From IMG/VR virus record IMGVR_UViG_3300044678_001935, positions 1-35,981 of that record: a stretch of 35,981 nt of DNA; one strand, given 5' to 3'. The notes beneath the pieces were generated by a model that searched no databases, was not told the DNA's origin, and saw only the letters and a program-made list of their open reading frames with translations. Source of the stretch: a virus. Its lineage: Duplodnaviria; Heunggongvirae; Uroviricota; Caudoviricetes. Position numbers and translations under genes: made by a program. This document shows, one piece after another, positions 8,327 through 16,339 of this stretch (the stretch's first letter is position 1; each line of letters starts with the position of its first letter).

Positions 8327-8632
8327 ATGGTTTATCAACGTTTACAAACAGATCAAATTGCACTATTTTTTGCTGAGGATTCGGAAGGTAGAATTCATAA
8401 GTATGAATATCTTAAATATAAAAACTCTGTTGATGATGGGTTTGTTTATCAGGGATTTCTTCTAGATGAAGACGCAGTTTATTCTAATATTAATTCATTT
8501 TTAACCGAATTCAATATTATTGAATTGACTGAAAATGCCCAGATTATTAAAAATATTAACACTCTAGGTAAGCTTTGTATTTTGTCTAAGAAAAAACCAG
8601 AAAAGCCCGTTTACACACCACAAGCAGTATAA
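8327..8632 (+). CDS. Hypothetical phage protein
   Basis: 101 aa ORF. Confidence 0.6.
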   Translation: MVYQRLQTDQIALFFAEDSEGRIHKYEYLKYKNSVDDGFVYQGFLLDEDAVYSNINSFLTEFNIIELTENAQIIKNINTLGKLCILSKKKPEKPVYTPQAV

Positions 8633-8644
8633 CATCAATTAATT

Positions 8645-8779
8645 ATGGATGACGACATGTGCCCAAATTGTATAACACCCTGGAAATGTAATGGCCCACA
8701 TATACCCTACGGTAGTGTTTGGCGAAAATTTCCAAGACTTTATAGCATCCTTTATCGTTTAGGTGTTTTCAATGGCTAA
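8645..8779 (+). CDS. Small Cys/His motif protein
   Basis: MDDDMCPNCITPWKCNGPH..., 44 aa, not in the ORF track. Confidence 0.5.
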   Translation: MDDDMCPNCITPWKCNGPHIPYGSVWRKFPRLYSILYRLGVFNG

Positions 8780-9032
8780 ATTTATTGTTGATCTTCAATA
8801 CTTTAAGCCAACGGGAAAATTTTATACTGAGGGTAAGATTGAAGTTCCTGAAACGTGGCAGATGTATCAAATTGCTGATCATGTTGAGAATTTGAGAAAT
8901 TCTGGAGAACTTCCAGGGTTAATAAAAGGAACAAATCATAATTTCTATAGTGTTTACATCAATGCTGAAAATCATCCAAATGGGTATCCGGTTTTAATTA
9001 ATTCAACACAAGATAAAAACTATGGGAAATGA
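8772..9032 (+). CDS. Hypothetical phage protein
   Basis: MAKFIVDLQYFKPTGKFYTEG; ATG start chosen. Confidence 0.6.
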   Translation: MAKFIVDLQYFKPTGKFYTEGKIEVPETWQMYQIADHVENLRNSGELPGLIKGTNHNFYSVYINAENHPNGYPVLINSTQDKNYGK

Positions 9033-9035
9033 AAC

Positions 9036-9260
9036 ATGAAAGTACAAATTAACAAAGACTACAAAGATGAATTAACATCCGTTGATTTTATTGCATCTGA
9101 TGGTAAAATATCCTTTAGTGTTGATATCATTGATGACGTTGAGATTGAGGTTAGATCTACGGACTATGTAAGATACAAAGATACTCTCTATGATAAGAAA
9201 CTAAATATCCAACCGATGTCGGCAAACTCTGTTGTTATTAATAAACCGCAGTATGAATAG
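9036..9260 (+). CDS. Hypothetical phage protein
   Basis: 74 aa ORF. Confidence 0.55.
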   Translation: MKVQINKDYKDELTSVDFIASDGKISFSVDIIDDVEIEVRSTDYVRYKDTLYDKKLNIQPMSANSVVINKPQYE

Positions 9261-9284
9261 AGTTGTTATCAATAATCTTTCATT

Positions 9285-9518
9285 GTGTCAATCCAAAATA
9301 AGAAAAAATTAATGAACATAAAAAACGCTGGAATGTATAAGAGACCAATGAATTTCTTTGAGAAAATTATTGTTGGGTGGCAACAGGTTCGTGATAATCG
9401 TTGGGAGTGGTATTATCACCTAACCGAGGCCGATGAGAAAATGTATCACGAATTTTGGTGGTATTTAAATATGGATTTTGTTCAATACGTTGAAGAATTT
9501 TATTATAATGGAAACTAA
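9285..9518 (+). CDS. Hypothetical phage protein
   Basis: Trp/Tyr-rich 77 aa ORF. Confidence 0.5.
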   Translation: MSIQNKKKLMNIKNAGMYKRPMNFFEKIIVGWQQVRDNRWEWYYHLTEADEKMYHEFWWYLNMDFVQYVEEFYYNGN

Positions 9519-9530
9519 CCGAATTAAACA

Positions 9531-9586
9531 GACAATCTAAAAACTGTCCACTTCAACCCACCCACAATCTAACTTCATGTTATGCT
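9531..9586 (+). promoter_or_regulatory. Early promoter with upstream dyad box
   Basis: GACA-N10-TGTC; TG-T-TATGCT at 9578..9586. Confidence 0.65.
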
Positions 9587-9610
9587 TATCAAGCAATCAG
9601 GAAATCAACT

Positions 9611-9742
9611 ATGAACGCAATCAAAGATAAACTACCAATCGTATTTCTTCTCGCAGCACTTTTTACTGGATCTTTTATCGTCCATACTTCTCTTTATTGT
9701 CACAATACTCCAGAGAAGTGTAACGTGGAGAATCTGCTATGA
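9611..9742 (+). CDS. Small membrane peptide
   Basis: MNAIKDKLPIVFLLAALFTGSFIVH..., 43 aa; follows the promoter, ATGA overlap with the next gene. Confidence 0.5.
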   Translation: MNAIKDKLPIVFLLAALFTGSFIVHTSLYCHNTPEKCNVENLL

Positions 9743-10194
9743 GTCGCTGTGAATATTATGATTGTGGGTGGTGTTACGCCCCTGATAATGTCATGAGTAA
9801 TAACACCAATGGAGCCTGTTATCGGCCACAGGAATGCCCTCAGATGACTAAAGAACATCAAAAACCAGATTGTCCCAAACCACAGATAATCAAAGAGGAC
9901 GTATTACCTGAAAAAACTCCTGATCTTTTTTTGGAAGATTATAGAATCAAAAAGGTTGTTAAGAACGGTGAAACTAAATTCTATCCCCAGAGAATGGGAT
10001 TCTTTAGATGGCGAAATTTTCTGCCTTTGGGCTATTCTTTTTTTCGCACTTATCATGAGGCTAACAAATACCTTTGTTATCATATCATGCAAGAGTCTGA
10101 ACGTTCTGTGGAATACTTTAATCCCGATTTTAGCTTTATTAAAAAAGAACCCAATCCTCAACCAAAAATCCCTGATGGAAGAGCTAAATTCTAA
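9739..10194 (+). CDS. Hypothetical phage protein (N-terminal Cys motif)
   Basis: CEYYDCGWCYAP...CYRPQECPQ. Confidence 0.6.
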   Translation: MSRCEYYDCGWCYAPDNVMSNNTNGACYRPQECPQMTKEHQKPDCPKPQIIKEDVLPEKTPDLFLEDYRIKKVVKNGETKFYPQRMGFFRWRNFLPLGYSFFRTYHEANKYLCYHIMQESERSVEYFNPDFSFIKKEPNPQPKIPDGRAKF

Positions 10195-10762
10195 CACCCC
10201 ACTGGAAACCTTAGAACGTCTGGCTAATGATGAGGATTGGTATGTTCGCAGTCGGGTTGCACAAAATCCCAACATACCACCAGAAACCTTAGATCGTCTG
10301 GCTAATGATGATTATATTGATGTTCGTCGTCGGGTTGCAGAAAATCCCAACACACTACCAGAAACCTTAGATCGTCTGGCTAACGATGTTTATCGGTGGG
10401 TTCGTGAGAATGTTGCAGAAAATCCCAACACATCTCCAGAAACATTAAAACGTCTGGCTAATGATAAGAGTTATTATGTTCGTTCTGGGGTTGCAAGAAA
10501 TCCCAACACACCAACAGAAACCTTAGAAAGTCTGGCGTATGATGAGTCTTGGGTTGTTCGTGTGAATGTTGCAAATAATCCCAACACATCAACAGAAACA
10601 TTAGAACGTCTGGCTAATGATGAGGATTATTGGGTTCGTGTGAATGTTGCATGTAATCCTATCATCCCACAATACATCAAAGATTATCTTAAAATTAAGG
10701 AGTTTCTGAAATCATATAATATAAAGCTTAAAACAATTTTAGTAAAAAGTATTAAATATTAA
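10175..10762 (+). CDS. LRV (leucine-rich repeat variant) protein A, 6 repeats
   Basis: Six 26-aa/78-bp NPNTPPETLERLANDxxxxVRxxVAx units plus the PQYIKDYLKIKEFL cap; start moved to ATG 10175. Confidence 0.8.
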   Translation: MEELNSNTPLETLERLANDEDWYVRSRVAQNPNIPPETLDRLANDDYIDVRRRVAENPNTLPETLDRLANDVYRWVRENVAENPNTSPETLKRLANDKSYYVRSGVARNPNTPTETLESLAYDESWVVRVNVANNPNTSTETLERLANDEDYWVRVNVACNPIIPQYIKDYLKIKEFLKSYNIKLKTILVKSIKY

Positions 10763-10779
10763 TAATAACAATTTTCAAG

Positions 10780-10992
10780 ATGAAATCATTCATTCAATTT
10801 TTAGCAGAAGCAAAAAAGCGACAAGAAATTCTTAAAAAAGTTAAGAAGAGCGTTAAGAAGGATAGAACTCCAGATATCGTTAGCATTGATATTGGTTCAA
10901 AACCTAATTCACCAGAACGGCAAGCTGAGATTGAATATATGATGAAGCATCACGGAGTTAGAGCACTCAAGCAACAGTTAAAACAACGATAA
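10780..10992 (+). CDS. Putative internal head protein
   Basis: MKSFIQFLAEA N-terminus resembles T4-like prohead-targeting/cleavage signals; TAAATA at 10753..10758. Confidence 0.45.
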   Translation: MKSFIQFLAEAKKRQEILKKVKKSVKKDRTPDIVSIDIGSKPNSPERQAEIEYMMKHHGVRALKQQLKQR

Positions 10993-11007
10993 TTTAAATT
11001 TTTTATT

Positions 11008-11601
11008 ATGAGAGAACAACACTACCTTGCACTGGATCTTGAATATAACAGTGATGGTAACTCAACGAGTGATATTATTCAAGTTGGATTAGCTGTTGGT
11101 TCACCACAACATGGTGTACAGTTTAAACAATCTTTTCTGGTTAAACCCACAATTAAAAATGTAATTCTTCACCCATTCATAACAGAGCTAACTGGAATAA
11201 CCCAAGAAGAATACGATGAAAAAGCTGTTTGTTGGAATGTCGTTGTAGATTACATCAGTAAACTACACGAGTCTTATAATCTTTTTGTTAATCCCGTAGT
11301 TTGGGGTTTAACAGACTCTATAGATCTTATAGAAACCGTCAAAGAAGAAGAACTTGATTTTCCGTTCTTTGGTAGAAGAATTATTGATGTAAAACATCTT
11401 TTCCTCTTTATTGAGGCAGCCAAAGGTAGATCTATGTCTGGTGGTCTAAGAACCGCTATGGGTAAGCATAAAATGCAATTCACCGGAACACCACACAGAG
11501 CAGATGATGACGCATTTAACACTCTTAGATTCTTTTTCTTTCTACTAAAAAGACAGAATATTCTAGAAGACAGTGTAAATCGGTTAAAAACGTTAACGTA
11601 A
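11008..11601 (+). CDS. DEDDh 3'-5' exonuclease (ERI-1/KapD/RNase T-like)
   Basis: ALDLEYN, IIQVG, ELTGI, IIDVK, HRADDDA. Confidence 0.85.
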   Translation: MREQHYLALDLEYNSDGNSTSDIIQVGLAVGSPQHGVQFKQSFLVKPTIKNVILHPFITELTGITQEEYDEKAVCWNVVVDYISKLHESYNLFVNPVVWGLTDSIDLIETVKEEELDFPFFGRRIIDVKHLFLFIEAAKGRSMSGGLRTAMGKHKMQFTGTPHRADDDAFNTLRFFFFLLKRQNILEDSVNRLKTLT

Positions 11602-11605
11602 TATT

Positions 11606-12286
11606 ATGAGAAAATTTATTCAAATTAACGATAACAATTTGGTTATCATATCACTCTACCAAAATAAAGATAATTTTGGTGTAAGCTTAAACATTGAATC
11701 TGATTGTGAGAAAACGATAAGCCTAGGCTTAAGGGTTCCATTCTTATTTTGCTTTTATTTCACGCTTAATTCAGCATTTTTAGCTAAACAAAAATTCTGG
11801 AAAAGTTTTATCAATACTGATTATGGACCTAGACTCAACTACTTAGATATTTTTAGAGATAATGACAGCGTTGATGGTGGATACAATATCTCTGTAGGAT
11901 TGTGGTCCACATATGAGTCTTCTAATACATTCTTTAGTTGGTTTGCTAATACCAATAGTATTATTTTCGGTGACTATAATCTTATTATAGAAACTAAAAA
12001 TATTTGGAATGAACGTGTTTTTATTCCTGGTGTTGGTAAATATGATGGAGATTATTATGATCTTATCGTAAAGGACGAACTTTATTCGTATAAATGGAAA
12101 CGGTTTAATCGTTTTATGGTCTACAACCGCTTCAGTGTTGATTGTGAAAAAGGTGTTCCAAATAGAGTCAAATGGGGAAGACAAGATCGCTCTTTTGGTC
12201 TTACTTTAGCTGGTAATTCTTGCTCATCAAAAGATGTGGCTATTCAAAAGTTTATTGAAGATATTCAAGAAACAAGACTTAAATAA
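11606..12286 (+). CDS. Hypothetical phage protein
   Basis: 226 aa, aromatic-rich. Confidence 0.65.
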   Translation: MRKFIQINDNNLVIISLYQNKDNFGVSLNIESDCEKTISLGLRVPFLFCFYFTLNSAFLAKQKFWKSFINTDYGPRLNYLDIFRDNDSVDGGYNISVGLWSTYESSNTFFSWFANTNSIIFGDYNLIIETKNIWNERVFIPGVGKYDGDYYDLIVKDELYSYKWKRFNRFMVYNRFSVDCEKGVPNRVKWGRQDRSFGLTLAGNSCSSKDVAIQKFIEDIQETRLK

Positions 12287-12297
12287 AAACATCAATA

Positions 12298-12352
12298 GAC
12301 ACCTATCAACTGTCCACTGACAACCCGCTGATCACCGTCTCCGTGTTATCGT
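12298..12352 (+). promoter_or_regulatory. Early promoter with upstream dyad box
   Basis: GACA-N9-TGTC; TG-T-TATCGT at 12344..12352. Confidence 0.6.
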
Positions 12353-12373
12353 AATTATAGTTTCGTAAAAAAC

Positions 12374-13828
12374 ATGATTCTTAAAACTTCTGAAAAAGCC
12401 AACCGCAACTATCTCGCAAAGATTATTCGCATTGATAATCTTCGTAAACATCCTAATGCAGATCGGATGCAAATTACAACCATTGATGGTAATAATGTAA
12501 TCACGGGTCTAGATGCCAGCGAAGGTATGCTATATGTGTATTTTCCGCTTGAGTGTGCTATTAACAAAGAATATCTTTCCTTTAGCAATTCTTTTGAGGA
12601 TAAGACTCTTAACTTAGATACCGAAGTAAAAGGTTATTTCCATTCAACCGGCCGGGTAAGAGCAACAAGGCTTCGTTCGGAAAAATCTGAAGGTTACATT
12701 GTTCCTGTTCACAATATTACAGAATGGATTCTGTCTTGTTCGGGAGAATCCGTTGAGATTACAGAAGCTGATATCAATAAGGAATTTGATTTGATCTGTG
12801 ATCTTGAGATCTGCCGTAAGTATATTGTTAAGTACGTCCGTGAGCAATCACAACAAAAGAATCAAACGAAAAAATCAAAAGTTAGTCGTCTTGTGGATGA
12901 ACAATTCCACTTCCACATTGACACTCCCCAACTGAAGAAGTTTATTGGAGATGTTAATCCCGAAGCTTATATCTCTATTACAAGAAAGCTTCATGGTACT
13001 TCTGCTGTTATCAGTAAGATTCTATGTGTCAAGACGCTAAATTGGTTTGAGCGACTACTGAAGACTCTTGGTGTCAACATTGTTGATACTCATTATGATC
13101 TAGTTTATAGCAGCCGAAAGGTTGTTAAGAACGGTTTTATGGATGTCGAACTATTTTTACGAATTCTTTCTTTACCAGGGAATAATATTCCTGAAACATA
13201 TGAAAATGTTGTTAATTTAATTGAAGATTTTAAGAAATACGGCATCAAATTGCAGCCAGAAGTGGTTCAAAACCATTTTTACATTACCGAGGTGTGGGGT
13301 GATTGTGCCAAGAAGATTGAACCTTATCTTAAGAACGGTATCTCTCTTTATGGTGAGATTGTAGGTTATCAAAAAGATGGTGCCGAAATTCAGAAAGGTT
13401 ATGATTACAAGTGTAAACCGAACACCTTTGAATTCTACGCATATCGTGCCACCTACACTTCTGTTGACGGTGATGTTTATGAAATGTCTCCAAGAGAGCT
13501 AAAGACCTATTGTGACCGTTATGGGATCAAGACTGTTCCTGAGGTTTATTATGGTAAGGCCAAGGATCTTTATGATCTTCCAACCGATAATCATTGGCAC
13601 GAAAATTTCCTACAGAAACTTTGCGATGAACATCTAGAGAAAGATTGTGATCTATGCGATAACAAGGTTCCTGACGAGGGCATTTGTCTCCGTGTTGATA
13701 AGCCCTTGGATATTGAAATTTACAAACTCAAGAGCTTCGCTTTTCTACAAATGGAAACCAAGGCTAATGATAAGGGTATTGTGGATATAGAAACCATGGA
13801 ATCCGAGGAGGTATCGGAAAATGAATGA
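12374..13828 (+). CDS. ATP-dependent RNA ligase with N-terminal OB-like domain (Rnl5/DRB0094-like)
   Basis: LRKHPNADRMQI and RLRSEKSEG (N-domain); ITRKLHGTS (motif I), LYGEIVG (III), FYAY (IIIa), DEGICLR (IV), YKLKS (V). Confidence 0.8.
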   Translation: MILKTSEKANRNYLAKIIRIDNLRKHPNADRMQITTIDGNNVITGLDASEGMLYVYFPLECAINKEYLSFSNSFEDKTLNLDTEVKGYFHSTGRVRATRLRSEKSEGYIVPVHNITEWILSCSGESVEITEADINKEFDLICDLEICRKYIVKYVREQSQQKNQTKKSKVSRLVDEQFHFHIDTPQLKKFIGDVNPEAYISITRKLHGTSAVISKILCVKTLNWFERLLKTLGVNIVDTHYDLVYSSRKVVKNGFMDVELFLRILSLPGNNIPETYENVVNLIEDFKKYGIKLQPEVVQNHFYITEVWGDCAKKIEPYLKNGISLYGEIVGYQKDGAEIQKGYDYKCKPNTFEFYAYRATYTSVDGDVYEMSPRELKTYCDRYGIKTVPEVYYGKAKDLYDLPTDNHWHENFLQKLCDEHLEKDCDLCDNKVPDEGICLRVDKPLDIEIYKLKSFAFLQMETKANDKGIVDIETMESEEVSENE

Positions 13829-14060
13829 AGTAACTTGGGCTTTAATCCAACTTATGGATGGTGTAAAAGAACACGACCTACAAAACAATACAGGATTATC
13901 ACAAGAAGATTGTGACCGAATTTGGAATGCTTATCAACTGGCTCTTAAAGAGTTGAAAGTCCATGGGGTTATTGATAATTTTGTTGATTCTCAAGTGCCA
14001 ATGGATTCAGATTCAGCAGGCGCCATTTATTCAAATCTTTGGGAGTTATACGACCGATGA
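13821..14060 (+). CDS. Hypothetical phage protein
   Basis: 79 aa ORF overlapping the ligase stop. Confidence 0.55.
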   Translation: MNEVTWALIQLMDGVKEHDLQNNTGLSQEDCDRIWNAYQLALKELKVHGVIDNFVDSQVPMDSDSAGAIYSNLWELYDR

Positions 14061-14437
14061 ACACAGAGGAAACGTTGCAGATGCTGAGAAGGGCCGCATC
14101 ACAGTTGGAGTCGGCAGGCAAGAAGACCGACTTGGCTCTGTCGCGGATGCAGTCGGCAGTATCGCGGATGAAATCTGCCTCCTCCGCGAGGAGCCATGAG
14201 AATGCACCAGATCAAGGGTTCGCAGCTCCCCAGCCAGTACAAATAGATCAGAAACCATGGAAAGTTGGTTATTGGTTAAACTCGCACAATAAATTATGGG
14301 TTTATAATCACCAAGGTAATTGCTCTTGGAAATTATTGGATGTTGAACTATGTGAGAAAATTCTTGAAGCGTTTCATCATCCTGACATTTGGTGCCTACC
14401 GTATTGGGCAATAAAAATTCCACCCACCCTTTATTAA
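14057..14437 (+). CDS. Hypothetical protein, GC-rich coiled-coil N-terminus
   Basis: ATGA overlap at 14057; frame continues into an AT-rich C-terminal domain. Confidence 0.55.
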   Translation: MNTEETLQMLRRAASQLESAGKKTDLALSRMQSAVSRMKSASSARSHENAPDQGFAAPQPVQIDQKPWKVGYWLNSHNKLWVYNHQGNCSWKLLDVELCEKILEAFHHPDIWCLPYWAIKIPPTLY

Positions 14438-14438
14438 A

Positions 14439-14699
14439 ATGGAGTCTTCAATGAATTTAGATGAAATGAGTTATAGAGAACTTCGCTCTTTACAAAATAA
14501 CGTTGCTAGGGCGATAATGAAAAAGAGTAGAACTCTAGAATTAGTGTTACACTTTACTGTTGAAGGTGTGGGAGATGTTGATTTGGCACCTTATCGTGAT
14601 ATTGATGAGTTAAGACGAGCATTAATGGAATTTTACAATGTTTATTATCCTAGTACACTAAAAATCGTAAGTCAAACTGAAATTACTGAAAAATTATGA
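14439..14699 (+). CDS. Hypothetical phage protein
   Basis: 86 aa ORF. Confidence 0.55.
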   Translation: MESSMNLDEMSYRELRSLQNNVARAIMKKSRTLELVLHFTVEGVGDVDLAPYRDIDELRRALMEFYNVYYPSTLKIVSQTEITEKL

Positions 14700-14932
14700 A
14701 ACTTTACGTTTACGAACGCACAGTTAAAGCTTATGTTCTCGCTGAGACAAAAGAAGAAGCAATGGATTGTTCTTGTGAGATTAATCTCTATGAGACCCCA
14801 GATGAATCCTGTTATGAGACATATTCTAATGGACTAGGGTGGGACTTGGATTGTTTTGTTTATCATAATGGTACTGGCGACATCACCGTAAGAGAAGCCC
14901 TTGAAATCGTTAAGAACCAATCTCAGAACTGA
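14696..14932 (+). CDS. Hypothetical phage protein
   Basis: 78 aa ORF, ATGA overlap. Confidence 0.55.
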   Translation: MKLYVYERTVKAYVLAETKEEAMDCSCEINLYETPDESCYETYSNGLGWDLDCFVYHNGTGDITVREALEIVKNQSQN

Positions 14933-14971
14933 CACATCTCACTTGACAGATTTGGTTTATTGTGGTATTCT
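14916..14971 (+). promoter_or_regulatory. Early sigma70-like promoter with upstream dyad box
   Basis: ACCA-N10-TGAC, TTGACA(14943)-N17-TATTCT(14966), TG; late ATAAATA follows at 15011..15017. Confidence 0.8.
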
Positions 14972-15038
14972 ATGACGGTGGTTGAGAAATCAATCCAACA
15001 AATAATCGTCATAAATAATCCATCATTATTGGATTATT

Positions 15039-15284
15039 ATGGAAGATTTAAGAATTCTATGTAAATCATGTAACACTGAAATTGTAAAGCAAGGAACCTG
15101 TGGTTGTCCTAATATGGCAACTATAAGAAACGACAGAATCTCTGCCGTTGATATGTCTCAAATCTTATTGCTAACACCTTTAAAATCAAAAACATATAAT
15201 AGTGTTTTCACTCCAACCGAATTGGCTGAACAAGAAGCCAGACGTAAGAGGAAGGTTAGAAAGTTAGAATTTGAAGTGAGATAA
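15039..15284 (+). CDS. Conserved cyanophage-type Zn-ribbon protein
   Basis: CKSCN..TCGCPNMATI..RRKRKVRKLEFEVR. Confidence 0.7.
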   Translation: MEDLRILCKSCNTEIVKQGTCGCPNMATIRNDRISAVDMSQILLLTPLKSKTYNSVFTPTELAEQEARRKRKVRKLEFEVR

Positions 15285-15305
15285 CAAACATTACACCAAA
15301 TTCTA

Positions 15306-15467
15306 ATGGACGAAAAAACTAAACAAAATTGGCAAAAGGTAAAAGAAGCCCTAGAGGCCGCCGGTAAGACTGATAGCATTTTTTATCGGCGAGCTGTCTC
15401 AATTATACACACTGGTCATGATCCATTTGAAAGTTTTTTGAATAACAATGAAACCCGAAGAAATTGA
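15306..15467 (+). CDS. Conserved cyanophage-type small protein
   Basis: MDEKTKQNWQKVKEALEAAGKTDSIFYRRAV..., 53 aa, not in the ORF track. Confidence 0.65.
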   Translation: MDEKTKQNWQKVKEALEAAGKTDSIFYRRAVSIIHTGHDPFESFLNNNETRRN

Positions 15468-15585
15468 AAGTTTAATTAATCAAAAAATTAAAGAACACGA
15501 AGTCCGCGTAGGTTGGATTAGTGGTGTTATAGGCTCATTGTTTACATTTGGAATTGTTCACTCTATTTGGTTACTACAACAATAA
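15448..15585 (+). CDS. Conserved cyanophage-type small membrane protein
   Basis: MKPEEIESLINQKIKEHEVRVGWISGVIG..., 45 aa. Confidence 0.6.
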   Translation: MKPEEIESLINQKIKEHEVRVGWISGVIGSLFTFGIVHSIWLLQQ

Positions 15586-15589
15586 TTCA

Positions 15590-15721
15590 ATGTCTGCTAC
15601 TTTTAACGATCCTGAAAAACAAGAGCTTGATTTTAGTAAGCTTTACCAACGAATACAAAAACAGAAGATGGAAGAATTATTTTCTGAACCTTATGACGGA
15701 GACATGGAAGATGAAGAATAG
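15590..15721 (+). CDS. Small acidic cyanophage-type protein
   Basis: MSATFNDPEKQELDFSKLYQRIQKQKMEELFSEP..., 43 aa. Confidence 0.55.
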   Translation: MSATFNDPEKQELDFSKLYQRIQKQKMEELFSEPYDGDMEDEE

Positions 15722-15905
15722 TGAATTTCATGAAGTTCCTTATTTGTTGGGAGAAATGATTACTGAAATTATTGCGTTAAAGTCCGAAAAAACCAAGCTC
15801 GTTGATGAAATTATTGCGTTAGAGGCCGAAGAATCTAGGCTCATTGAAGAAGAAGCCAGGCTCATTGAAGAAGAAGCCAGGCTCATTGAAGAAACTGAAT
15901 CTTAA
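15711..15905 (+). CDS. Small heptad-repeat coiled-coil protein
   Basis: Start moved to ATG 15711; RLIEEEA repeats. Confidence 0.45.
   Translation: MKNSEFHEVPYLLGEMITEIIALKSEKTKLVDEIIALEAEESRLIEEEARLIEEEARLIEETES
15837..15893 (+). repeat. 21-bp tandem repeat (2.7 copies)
   Basis: AGGCTCATTGAAGAAGAAGCC x2 plus a partial copy. Confidence 0.9.
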
Positions 15906-15912
15906 AACACAA

Positions 15913-16000
15913 GCCAGTCAGAACAGGTGTTCAGAGGGATTTTATAAATCCTTTGCCCTAGATGGGGGCCTTTGGGAGGGATCATTACCCTCGGCTGGTA
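15913..16000 (+). tRNA. Non-canonical tRNA-Ile (anticodon UAU) with long variable arm
   Basis: Acceptor GCCAGTC/GGCTGGT + A; D stem GAAC/GTTC; anticodon stem GGGAT/ATCCT with loop TTTATAA; variable arm GCCC/GGGC; T stem GAGGG/CCCTC with loop ATCATTA; no encoded CCA. Confidence 0.7.
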
Positions 16001-16001
16001 T

Positions 16002-16056
16002 GACACCAAACAATCTGTCCACTCAAAGACCATATGATCGTCTTTTGTGCTATAGT
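16002..16056 (+). promoter_or_regulatory. Early promoter with upstream dyad box
   Basis: GACA-N10-TGTC; TG-C-TATAGT. Confidence 0.7.
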
Positions 16057-16113
16057 TCTCATGGTTGAAAGACCAAACGTCCTTTATCATTATTTTTAAT
16101 TTCAACACTCAAA

Positions 16114-16338
16114 ATGACCCAAAAAGCATTCAATCGTAAATTCGCCAAAGATATGTCTATTATCATCCAAGCCACAAAGGGTGAGGTTTATCTTGGTAGT
16201 TATAATAAACTTGTTAAAAAACTGAAAAAATATTTCATCCAAGAACAAGGAGCACAATTTTACGACGAAGCAGAATCTGATAATCTTTATTTGTTAGAGT
16301 TGATTAGAACCGAACTAGACATTAATGTAGCTGCATAA
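16114..16338 (+). CDS. Conserved cyanophage-type hypothetical protein
   Basis: 74 aa ORF after a promoter. Confidence 0.65.
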   Translation: MTQKAFNRKFAKDMSIIIQATKGEVYLGSYNKLVKKLKKYFIQEQGAQFYDEAESDNLYLLELIRTELDINVAA

Positions 16339-16339
16339 A

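Noticed and set aside
9956-10174. N-terminal 73 aa of the 268-aa ORF
   Set aside because: Lies wholly inside gene 9739..10194; paralogues begin just before the first repeat, so ATG 10175 is preferred.
15902-16108. Minus-strand 68-aa ORF (and + ORF 15844..16068)
   Set aside because: They overlap the tRNA cloverleaf and the following + strand promoter; shadow ORFs.
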